A program made the translations under genes and the position numbers. A stretch of DNA of 14,498 nt from the NCBI GenBank assembly GCA_031370645.1, contig JANMQV010000011.1, positions 1 to 14,498 on the forward strand, in the 5' to 3' direction. Of the stretch, positions 7,538 to 14,498 are shown piece by piece. The first letter of the stretch is position 1. Every line of letters starts with the position of its first letter. A model generated the notes under the pieces. It did not search any database and had not been told where the DNA came from. It worked only from the letters and a program-made list of their open reading frames with translations. This DNA comes from Candidatus Eiseniibacteriota bacterium (GTDB lineage Bacteria > Eisenbacteria > RBG-16-71-46 > SZUA-252).

Positions 7538-8446
7538 CTACTTCTTCTTGCCCTGACGCTCCAGCCAGAGCTGGGTGTCGAGGGCGAGGGCGCTCGCGAC
7601 GTAGACCGAGGAGTAGGTGCCGAAGACGACGCCGACGAGCATCGTGAATGAAAAGTCGTGAATTACCCCGCCTCCGAAGAGGAAGAGCGCGAGGACGGTC
7701 AGCGCCACCGTCAACGAAGTGATAACGGTCCGGCTCAGCGTCTCGTTCACGGCGATGTTCATGACCTTCTCGGGAGACTCCTTACGGAGCGCCTGCTTCC
7801 GCTCGCGGATTCGATCGAAGACGACGATCGTGTCGTTGATGGAGAAACCGGCGATCGTGAGAAGCGCCGCGACGACCGTGAGCGTCAGCTCGCGATTCGT
7901 GAGCGAAACCGCTCCGAGTGCGATGAAGACGTCGTGGAAGAGTGCCGCAACGGCGCCGAATGAATAACGCCAGTCGTAGCGGACGGCGACGTAGATGAGA
8001 ATGAGGCCGAGCGCCAGGAGGACCGCCTTCACCGCGGCGCCGCGGAGTTCCCCGCCGACGCGCGGGCCGACGCTTTCGATGCGTCGAAGCTCGACCGTCG
8101 ATCCGGGGATGGAACTCGCCAGCCCGTCCTTCACGATGTTCGCGGGGTTCTTCCGCTCTTCCTCGGTGCCGAAGCGGACGAGGAAGAGTTCCGGCCGCTC
8201 GAGCCCCTGGATTTCGGCACCATGGAATCCCGCCGCCTCGACAGCCTTCCGCACCGCGTCGATGTGAGGGGCCGGGCTGACCGAGACTTCCACGAGCGTG
8301 CCGCCGGTGAAGTCGACGCCGTAGCGCGGACCTCCGTGCATGACGAGCGAAATGATCGAAATGAGAACGCAAAGACCCGAGATGGTGTACGCGACCGCGC
8401 GCCTTCCCATCCAGTTGACATTGACGTTGTGGAGGATCTCGAGCAC
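7538..8446 (-). CDS. secF: Protein translocase subunit SecF
   Basis: GVDFTGGT, ESVGPRVGGEL, FHDV, GFSINDTIVVFDRIRE, TLSRTVITS, GTYSSVYVA. GTG start after GGGG; directly downstream of secD. Confidence 0.97.
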   Translation of the reverse strand: MLEILHNVNVNWMGRRAVAYTISGLCVLISIISLVMHGGPRYGVDFTGGTLVEVSVSPAPHIDAVRKAVEAAGFHGAEIQGLERPELFLVRFGTEEERKNPANIVKDGLASSIPGSTVELRRIESVGPRVGGELRGAAVKAVLLALGLILIYVAVRYDWRYSFGAVAALFHDVFIALGAVSLTNRELTLTVVAALLTIAGFSINDTIVVFDRIRERKQALRKESPEKVMNIAVNETLSRTVITSLTVALTVLALFLFGGGVIHDFSFTMLVGVVFGTYSSVYVASALALDTQLWLERQGKKK

Positions 8447-8455
8447 CGCGCCCCC

Positions 8456-10075
8456 TTAGATACTGATGCTGTTGACCTTCCGACGCAGCGACCACGCGTC
8501 GAAGATCATCTTGGAAACGCCGACGGCGGTGATCATGTTGATGATCAAGCCGATCGAGAGCGTGATGGCGAACCCGCGAATCGGGCCCGTTCCGAACCAC
8601 ATGAGCGCCAGAGCCGAAAGCAGCGTGGTGACGTTGGCGTCAACGATCGTCCGGTAGGCGCGCGCGTACCCCTGTTCGATGGCGGCTGAAACGGACTTCT
8701 TGTTTCGAAGCTCCTCGCGAATGCGCTCGAAGACGAGCACGTTCGCGTCCACCGCCATGCCGATCGTCAGCACGATCCCCGCGATGCCGGGAAGCGTGAG
8801 CGTGGCCTTGAAGCCGGCCATACAGGCGAGGAGGCCGAGGATGTTCAGGATCAACGCCATGACAGCGACGGCGCCGGAGAGCTGGTAGTAGACGAGCATG
8901 AAGAGGACCACCAAGCCCGCGCCGATGGCGCCCGCGAGGAGCCCCTTCTGAATCGAATCTTGTCCGAGCGATGCCGTCACGGTCCGCTCCTCGACCACCT
9001 TCACGGGAGCCGGAAGAGCGCCGGAGCGAAGGACGATGGCCAAGTTCTGCGCCTCCTCCTCCGTGAAGCTGCCGGTGATCGAGCCCTGTCCGCGCGGAAT
9101 ACGCTCATGGATGTTCGGAGCCGACTGGACGCGATTGTCGAGCACGATGGCGAGCCGGCGTCCCACGTTGGCGCCCGTGATGTCGGCGAACGTGGCGCCA
9201 CCGCGGCTCGTCAGCGTGAAGGAGACGCCCGGCGCGCCGGGGTGCGACTGGTCGAGGTCGAGGCGCATCTGCGCGCTCTGGACTTCCTTCCCCTGCATGA
9301 GGGGTTCCTTCGTGACGATGTAGAAGCCGCGGCCTGTGCGGCCCTCGCGTTCCGTCTCGTGGGACTCCCAGGCGAACGCGGCGTCGAGCGTGAAGGTCGA
9401 GTCCGCACGGACTTGCGAGAGCATCGCGTCCACGGCGGCCACCTTCTCGGAGAGGGCGAACGACTCGCCTCCCTGGCCGGCCGAGAGGAAGAGAGACGTG
9501 AGCGGGTGCGCGAGGGAGTCGGGCGTGGCGGCGCCGGCCGCGGTCGCGGTGCGAGCCGCGAAGTACTTATCGAGGCGGTCGAGGATCGCACGGTGCTCCT
9601 CGTCGGTCTTCAACAGCTTGAACTCGAGGAGAGCCGTCTGGCCGATCAGGTCCTTCGCGCGCCCTTGATCGAGGAGGCCGGGAAGCTGGACCAGGATCCG
9701 GTTGTCGCCCTGCTTTTGAATGGAGGGTTCGGCTACCCCGAACTGGTCGATACGGTTACGGATGATCTGCATCGCTTGGTCGACCGCGTTCTTCGCTTCG
9801 GCGGGACCGAGCTTCGACTTATCGACTTCCAAGAGGAGGTACATGCCGCCCTGGAGATCGAGGCCCAGCTTGATTGAATGGTCGCGGAGGTCGGCCATCT
9901 TCTGAAGCCGCTGGCGATCTTCGTCGTTCGTGGCGGCCGCGGGACGCGCCTGGAGGACTTCCTGGCGCTTCGCGGGCGACAAGGCGTAGAACTGAAACGT
10001 CGGCCAAAGCGTGTAAATGCATAGGGCGACGCCCAACAGGGTGAAGAAGAATTTTCGCTGATCGGTTTTCGTCAC
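8456..10075 (-). CDS. secD: Protein translocase subunit SecD
   Basis: KLGLDLQGG, IRNRIDQFGVAEP, RLAIVLD, VLRSGALPAP, LTLPGIAGIVLTIGMAVDANVLVFERIREE, FGTGPIRGFA. GTG start with an AGGAG RBS. Confidence 0.97.
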   Translation of the reverse strand: MTKTDQRKFFFTLLGVALCIYTLWPTFQFYALSPAKRQEVLQARPAAATNDEDRQRLQKMADLRDHSIKLGLDLQGGMYLLLEVDKSKLGPAEAKNAVDQAMQIIRNRIDQFGVAEPSIQKQGDNRILVQLPGLLDQGRAKDLIGQTALLEFKLLKTDEEHRAILDRLDKYFAARTATAAGAATPDSLAHPLTSLFLSAGQGGESFALSEKVAAVDAMLSQVRADSTFTLDAAFAWESHETEREGRTGRGFYIVTKEPLMQGKEVQSAQMRLDLDQSHPGAPGVSFTLTSRGGATFADITGANVGRRLAIVLDNRVQSAPNIHERIPRGQGSITGSFTEEEAQNLAIVLRSGALPAPVKVVEERTVTASLGQDSIQKGLLAGAIGAGLVVLFMLVYYQLSGAVAVMALILNILGLLACMAGFKATLTLPGIAGIVLTIGMAVDANVLVFERIREELRNKKSVSAAIEQGYARAYRTIVDANVTTLLSALALMWFGTGPIRGFAITLSIGLIINMITAVGVSKMIFDAWSLRRKVNSISI

Positions 10076-10134
10076 GGCTGCTCCTGTCCGTCCCGAAGGC
10101 GAGAGACCTTATCGAAAGTCAATCGAGACGGAAA

Positions 10135-10163
10135 AGGCTACTGGAGCCCAAAGGGGAAGTCAA
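10135..10163 (-). promoter_or_regulatory. Sigma70-type promoter for secD
   Basis: Minus strand TTGACT (10163-10158), 17-bp spacer, TAGCCT (10140-10135), about 60 nt upstream of secD. Confidence 0.65.
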
Positions 10164-10221
10164 TGGAGCGTTTACAAATGGGGGCGAGAAGAGGCGCCGC
10201 GGCCGACGCGGGTCCCGCGCC

Positions 10222-10273
10222 GTAACGCGTTCGACACGGGGCCGCCGCGAGCCGGTAACGGGGGCGGCGTAAC
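10222..10273 (-). promoter_or_regulatory. PHO-box-like direct repeats between divergent secD and phoB
   Basis: Minus strand, 11-bp phase: CCGTTAC-cggc-TCGCGGC-ggcc-CCGTGTC-gaac-GCGTTAC (10261-10222), plus an out-of-phase GTTAC at 10273-10269. Same CGTTAC core as upstream of pstB. Confidence 0.45.
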
Positions 10274-10295
10274 CTCCGGCCATGGGACTAGCGCG

Positions 10296-10304
10296 TGCTA
10301 CACT
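10296..10304 (+). promoter_or_regulatory. Extended -10 promoter directly upstream of phoB (leaderless-type)
   Basis: TG-C-TACACT, then 7 nt, then GTG 10312. Confidence 0.55.
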
Positions 10305-10311
10305 TCGCGAC

Positions 10312-11010
10312 GTGTCAAAGACGGCCCGATCCACCATTCTCGTCGTGGATGACGAGCCCGATATCCTCGAACTCCTCCGCTACAACCTCTCCCGCGAAGG
10401 CTATAAGGTGCTCGATGCCTCCGACGGCGAGGCCGCGCTCGAGCGAATCTACCAGTCGCCCCCCGATCTCGTGATCCTCGACCTCCTTCTCCCCAAGCGA
10501 AGCGGGATCGAAGTCTTGGAAGCGATCCGGAGCGAACCGCGCACGCGCTCCCTTCCGGTCCTCCTCCTCACGGCGCGAAGCACCGAGATGGACAAACTGA
10601 TCGGCTTCGAACGGGGCGCCGACGATTATCTGACGAAGCCGTTCTCCCCCAAGGAACTCCTCGCGCGCGTGGGCGCCATCTTGCGGAGGACGCGACCGGA
10701 TGAGCCGGCCGGGCCTGAAGCGGTCGGTCCGTTCCGCTTCGACCGCGAGCGGCATCAGGTCTTCCTACGCCAGCGGGAGATCCATCTCACGCCAACCGAG
10801 TACCGTCTGTTGGAGTACCTCCTTCAGCGGCCCGGAAAGGTTTTTTCGCGAGAGCAGTTGCTCGACAAGGTGTGGGGACTCGGCTATTTCGGCGAGACGC
10901 GGACGGTGGACGTCCACGTGCGCCGCCTCCGCGCCAAGTTGGGAAAGGACGCGCCCCTCATCCGAACGGTGACGGGCGTCGGCTATTCGGCGGAAGTCCC
11001 CGCCAAGTAG
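10312..11010 (+). CDS. phoB: PhoB/PhoP-type OmpR-family response regulator, ~232 aa
   Basis: Receiver domain (ILVVDDE, LVILDLLLP, LLLTA, GADDYLTKPFSP) and winged helix (LTPTEYRLL, RTVDVHVRRLRAKL, IRTVTGVGY). Adjacent to phoR, pstB and phoU. GTG 10312 is preferred to ATG 10282 on length and promoter position. Confidence 0.9.
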   Translation: MSKTARSTILVVDDEPDILELLRYNLSREGYKVLDASDGEAALERIYQSPPDLVILDLLLPKRSGIEVLEAIRSEPRTRSLPVLLLTARSTEMDKLIGFERGADDYLTKPFSPKELLARVGAILRRTRPDEPAGPEAVGPFRFDRERHQVFLRQREIHLTPTEYRLLEYLLQRPGKVFSREQLLDKVWGLGYFGETRTVDVHVRRLRAKLGKDAPLIRTVTGVGYSAEVPAK

Positions 11011-11032
11011 CCCGCGGCAGGCCCGCCGCGAG

Positions 11033-11041
11033 TGCTATCTT
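11033..11041 (+). promoter_or_regulatory. Extended -10 promoter directly upstream of phoR (leaderless-type)
   Basis: TG-C-TATCTT, then 6 nt, then GTG 11048. No purine-rich RBS. Preceded by the hairpin CGCGGC-N6-GCCGCG (11013-11030). Confidence 0.55.
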
Positions 11042-11047
11042 CCCCTC

Positions 11048-12412
11048 GTGGGTCCCACCTCCCGACGTCTCTACTTCTCGCTCCTCGCACTCTTCCTCGC
11101 GATTGCCGCGATCGCGGGAATCTGGTTCACGCGCGCTCCCGGCTCCCTCTCTCGCGTCTGGCTGATCCTCGGTTTCGGCGTCGTTGCCACGGCGATCGCT
11201 ATGTACGTCGTGATCGCCGCGCTCGCTAGGAGACTCGAGGCGGTGGAGCAGGTAGCCGAGCGTTTGGCGCAGGGCGATCTCACCGCGCGCGCCACCATCG
11301 ACGCGCACGACGACCTGGCGGGACTCGCGCGATCGCTGAACGAGATCGCCGAGCGGGGTGCACGGGAACGCCGCGCGCTCGAGCAAGGGCGGGACGAGAG
11401 CGCCGCCGCGCTCAATTACCTTCCGCAGGGCGTCGCGCTCGTCTCTCCCGATCTCGCCGTACGGCACGCGAACTCGCGCTTTTGGGAAGCGATGGAGGTG
11501 GAGGCGCCCGTCGGCGGCGCGCACCTCTCCGAGGCGCGGCAGCCGGTGCTCCTCGACCTGGTGGAGGTAGCGCGGCGCGCTGGGCGCGCGGTGACTCGTG
11601 AGGTCTCGCTCTACGTCGCGGCGCCGCGCGAGGTGGAGGTGACGGTGGCGCCGGTCGGCGCGGGAAACGCTCCCGAGGCGTGGCTGCTGACGGTGGAGGA
11701 CCTCGCTCCCGAGCGGCGCGCGGCCGAGATACGCCGCGAATTCGTGGCGAACGCGTCGCACGAGTTGAAGACGCCGCTTACGTCGATCCTCGGCTACACC
11801 GAGACTTTGCTGCATGGCGGACTCGAGGACGAGGAACATCGGGTGAAATTCGTGGAGACGATCCGCTCGCAGGCTACGCGTCTGGAGGCGATGGTGGACG
11901 ATCTCCTCTCCCTCGCGGACCTGGAGCGCCCCGACGCCGATCTCGACATGAAGGACTGGGATCTCGGCATCGTGATTCGCGAACTCGCCGAGACGCTCGA
12001 GGACCTGGCCGAGCGGCGCGGACTGAATTTCGAGATCGAGGCGGCGCCGGGAACGTTCGTGCGCTGCGATCGGAAACGACTCGAGCTCGCGCTTCGAAAC
12101 CTCATGGATAACGCCATCAAGTACACGGAGTCGGGGTGGGTGCGAGTTCGGCTGGAGCCTGGGCCCACGAGCGTGCGCGTGACGGTCGCCGACTCCGGAC
12201 GCGGCATCCCGCCGGAGCACCTGCCGCGGCTCTTCGAGCGCTTCTATCGGGTCGAGCAGGGGCGCTCCCGCGCGCTCGGCGGTACCGGCCTCGGCCTCTC
12301 CATCGTGAAGCATGCCGTTCAGTTGCACGGAGGGACGGTCGGCGTGGAGAGCAAAGTGGACGAGGGAACCACCTTCTGGCTCGAACTCCCCCGCGGGGGC
12401 CCCGGCGCGTGA
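11048..12412 (+). CDS. phoR: PhoR-type sensor histidine kinase (2 TM, HAMP, PAS-like, HisKA, HATPase), 454 aa
   Basis: Two close TM helices with almost no external loop. HAMP (LAQGDLTARA...DDLAGLARSLN), H-box EFVANASHELKTPLTSI, N-box NLMDNAIKY, G1 DSGRGI, F-box LFERFYRV, G2 GGTGLGLSIVKH. Gene context is pho. Confidence 0.9.
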   Translation: MGPTSRRLYFSLLALFLAIAAIAGIWFTRAPGSLSRVWLILGFGVVATAIAMYVVIAALARRLEAVEQVAERLAQGDLTARATIDAHDDLAGLARSLNEIAERGARERRALEQGRDESAAALNYLPQGVALVSPDLAVRHANSRFWEAMEVEAPVGGAHLSEARQPVLLDLVEVARRAGRAVTREVSLYVAAPREVEVTVAPVGAGNAPEAWLLTVEDLAPERRAAEIRREFVANASHELKTPLTSILGYTETLLHGGLEDEEHRVKFVETIRSQATRLEAMVDDLLSLADLERPDADLDMKDWDLGIVIRELAETLEDLAERRGLNFEIEAAPGTFVRCDRKRLELALRNLMDNAIKYTESGWVRVRLEPGPTSVRVTVADSGRGIPPEHLPRLFERFYRVEQGRSRALGGTGLGLSIVKHAVQLHGGTVGVESKVDEGTTFWLELPRGGPGA

Positions 12413-12426
12413 TAAACGCCTCGGGT

Positions 12427-12455
12427 TCGTTACCGAATCGTTACAAAGGCGCCAT
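12427..12455 (+). promoter_or_regulatory. PHO-box-like 11-bp direct repeats upstream of pstB
   Basis: TCGTTAC-cgaa-TCGTTAC-aaag-GCGCCAT with heptamers at 12427, 12438 and 12449. Candidate -10 boxes TATTGT (12479-12484) or TAGGCT (12489-12494). Confidence 0.65.
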
Positions 12456-12502
12456 GTCCGTCCATCCCGTCCCCCCTGTATTGTCATGTAGGCTAGGAAA
12501 GG

Positions 12503-13339
12503 ATGGGTCGCGTGATCGAAATGGTTTCTTCACCTCCGGAGCCGGCAATGGCGATTAGCCCCGCGGCGGCCGCCGAGCCCGCCGCTCCCGCGGCGCTCGA
12601 AGCCGAACGGCTCTCCCTCTGGTACGGGGCGACTCAGGCGCTCCACGGCGTCACGCTCGCCATTCCGCGCCATCGCATCACCGCGATCATCGGCCCCTCG
12701 GGCTGCGGGAAGTCCTCGCTCCTCCGCTGCTTCAACCGGATGAACGATCTCTATCCGCCGATCCGCTACGACGGCGCCATCCGCTTCGCCGGCTCCGACG
12801 TTCTCGGCAGCGGGCTAGACCTGGTCGAATTGCGGCGGCGCGTCGGGATGGTCTTCCAGCGCGCGAACCCCTTCCCCATGTCGATTTTCGACAACGTGGC
12901 GTACGGGCCGAGACTCCAGGGCATTCGGAAGAAGTCGCAATTGGAGGCGGCCGTGGAATCGGCACTCCGCCGGGCGGCGCTCTGGTCGGAAGTGAAGGAT
13001 CGCCTGGGGCGGACGGCGCTCGGGCTCTCCGGCGGGCAGCAGCAGCGTCTCTGCATCGCGCGGGCGCTGGCCGTGGAGCCGGAGGTGCTGCTCTTGGACG
13101 AACCGGCCTCCGCGCTCGACCCGACCGCGACGGCAAAGATCGAAGAGCTGGTTCTCGACATCAAACAGACTGTGACCGTGGCGATCGTGACGCACAACAT
13201 GCAGCAGGCGGCTCGCATCTCCGACCGCACGGCATTCATGCTCATGGGCAAACTGGTGGAAGAGGGGCCGACGCAGTCGCTCTTCACAAAGCCGAGCGAG
13301 CGGCTGACCGAGGACTACATCACGGGACGGTTCGGATAA
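12503..13339 (+). CDS. pstB: Phosphate ABC transporter ATP-binding protein PstB
   Basis: Walker [30 protein letters not shown], signature [15 protein letters not shown], Walker [15 protein letters not shown], diagnostic C-terminus [10 protein letters not shown]. The start could also be ATG 12521 or 12548. Confidence 0.96.
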   Translation: MGRVIEMVSSPPEPAMAISPAAAAEPAAPAALEAERLSLWYGATQALHGVTLAIPRHRITAIIGPSGCGKSSLLRCFNRMNDLYPPIRYDGAIRFAGSDVLGSGLDLVELRRRVGMVFQRANPFPMSIFDNVAYGPRLQGIRKKSQLEAAVESALRRAALWSEVKDRLGRTALGLSGGQQQRLCIARALAVEPEVLLLDEPASALDPTATAKIEELVLDIKQTVTVAIVTHNMQQAARISDRTAFMLMGKLVEEGPTQSLFTKPSERLTEDYITGRFG

Positions 13340-14004
13340 TGGAACGACACTTTCATCAAGACTTGGAGTCGATGCGCGAGCGCCTGAACGAGATGGCGGG
13401 ACGCGCCGAAACCGCTCTCACGAAGGCGATGGAGGCGGTCCGCACCCGGAATCCTCGTCTGGCGGAAGAGGTCTTCGCGGACGACCCGGCCATCGACAGT
13501 ATCGAACTCGAGGTGGAGGCGAGCTGCCTTCGGTTTCTCGGCCTCCAGCAGCCCGTGGCACGCGACCTCCGCTTCCTGGTCGCCTCGATCCGTCTGACGA
13601 GCGACCTCGAACGAGTCGGAGACCACGCGGTGAATATCGCCCAGGGAGCCCTGAAGCTGAGCCGGCTGCCCGTCATGCCGGCGCCGGAAGATTTGGCGCG
13701 TATGGGGGAGCGCTCCCGTGGAGCGCTGAAAGACGCCGTCTCGGCGTGGCTTCGCGGCGATCCCGTGATGGCTCGGCGCGTCTGTGAACGCGATTCGGAC
13801 ATCGACGCGGACAAGACCCACATCTTCGGCATTCTCTCCGCGAGGATGCTGAAGGATTCCGAGTGCGTCCCGGCCGCGCTGGAATATCTCCTCATCAGCC
13901 GTAATTTGGAACGAGTAGGGGATCTCTCCACGAACATCGCGGAGGAAGCGATCTTCGTGGCCGAAGCGCGCGTGATCAAGCATCACGCCGAGGAGAAGGG
14001 CTGA
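13339..14004 (+). CDS. phoU: Phosphate signalling complex protein PhoU
   Basis: QQPVARDLR, DLERVGDHAVNIA, RNLERVGDLSTNIAEE (two PhoU repeats). TAATG overlap with pstB. Confidence 0.96.
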   Translation: MERHFHQDLESMRERLNEMAGRAETALTKAMEAVRTRNPRLAEEVFADDPAIDSIELEVEASCLRFLGLQQPVARDLRFLVASIRLTSDLERVGDHAVNIAQGALKLSRLPVMPAPEDLARMGERSRGALKDAVSAWLRGDPVMARRVCERDSDIDADKTHIFGILSARMLKDSECVPAALEYLLISRNLERVGDLSTNIAEEAIFVAEARVIKHHAEEKG

Positions 14005-14023
14005 CCGCTTGCCGTTCGTCGAT

Positions 14024-14040
14024 TCTAGCGAGACGCTAGA
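14024..14040. terminator. Short hairpin between convergent phoU and peptidase genes; possible terminator
   Basis: TCTAGCG-AGA-CGCTAGA, a 7-bp stem that includes the peptidase stop codon. No clear U-tract. Confidence 0.3.
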
Positions 14041-14497
14041 GCTGGCTCGCCGCGAACGTGTCGCCCTGGTTGATGTCGCCGCTTTCATAGCCACGCCGAA
14101 ACCACCGAACGCGCTGAGCCGACGTGCCGTGTGTGAACGAATCGGGCACGACTCGCCCCTGCGAGCGCCTTTGCAGGGTGTCGTCCCCGATCTGCGACGC
14201 CGCGTTCAACGCCTCCTCCAAATCGCCCGCTTCGAGCAATTGCTTCCCGCGCTCGGTATCGTGCGCCCAAACGCCCGCGAAGAAATCGGCCTGTAGCTCC
14301 ATTCGCACCGAGAGCGCGTTGTATTCAGCTTGGCTCACGCGCCCCTCTTGCGACCGAACCTGCTCGGAGATCCCGAGGAGGTTCTGCACGTGATGCCCCA
14401 CTTCGTGCGCGATCACGTAGGCCTGGGCGAAGTCGCCCGGAGCGCCGAGCCGATCGCGCAGGGTTTTGTAGAAGGAGAGATCGATGTAGAGCTTTTC
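14036..14497 (-). CDS. ypfJ: YpfJ-family neutral zinc metallopeptidase, C-terminal part (5' end outside the window)
   Basis: The frame is open from the window edge: [10 protein letters not shown]...[25 protein letters not shown] (HExxH), [34 protein letters not shown]. Confidence 0.9.
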   Translation of the reverse strand, partial: EKLYIDLSFYKTLRDRLGAPGDFAQAYVIAHEVGHHVQNLLGISEQVRSQEGRVSQAEYNALSVRMELQADFFAGVWAHDTERGKQLLEAGDLEEALNAASQIGDDTLQRRSQGRVVPDSFTHGTSAQRVRWFRRGYESGDINQGDTFAASQL

Positions 14498-14498
14498 G

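Noticed and set aside
10119..10337. 72-aa minus-strand ORF in the position where yajC would be
   Set aside because: No TM helix or YajC-like motif, and it overlaps the promoters and the phoB start.
10958..14094. Antisense ORFs to phoR, pstB and phoU (509, 173, 259, 207 aa)
   Set aside because: Mirror frames of well-supported genes, with no independent coding evidence.
1..14498. CRISPR arrays, IS elements, prophage, defence or toxin-antitoxin systems
   Set aside because: No regularly spaced repeats, transposase, integrase or nuclease motifs seen. The XRE partner is a 4-TM protein with no recognisable toxin motif. AT-rich patches are confined to promoter regions.

Overview
High-GC bacterial chromosomal window made mostly of housekeeping genes. 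I see no mobile element, CRISPR array or RNA gene. Left to right: (1) a minus-strand, translationally coupled run DUF4159 -> DUF4175-like membrane-anchored coiled-coil protein -> exported protein cut by the window edge; (2) a small plus-strand cassette of a 4-TM membrane protein and an XRE-family HTH regulator, with a clear sigma70 promoter overlapped by two candidate operators; (3) a minus-strand run secD-secF-exported protein-metallophosphoesterase-class I glutamine amidotransferase, with no yajC; (4) a divergent phoB-phoR-pstB-phoU cluster lacking pstS/pstC/pstA; (5) the 3' part of a YpfJ-type neutral zinc metallopeptidase. The most interesting signals are regulatory and organisational: 11-bp-phased CGTTAC PHO-box-like repeats before pstB and again in the secD/phoB intergenic region (pointing toward secDF), phoB and phoR that each look leaderless (TGnTANNNT 6-7 nt before GTG), and a permease-less pstB-phoU module. 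Family names come from motif recognition by eye, not from database searches.
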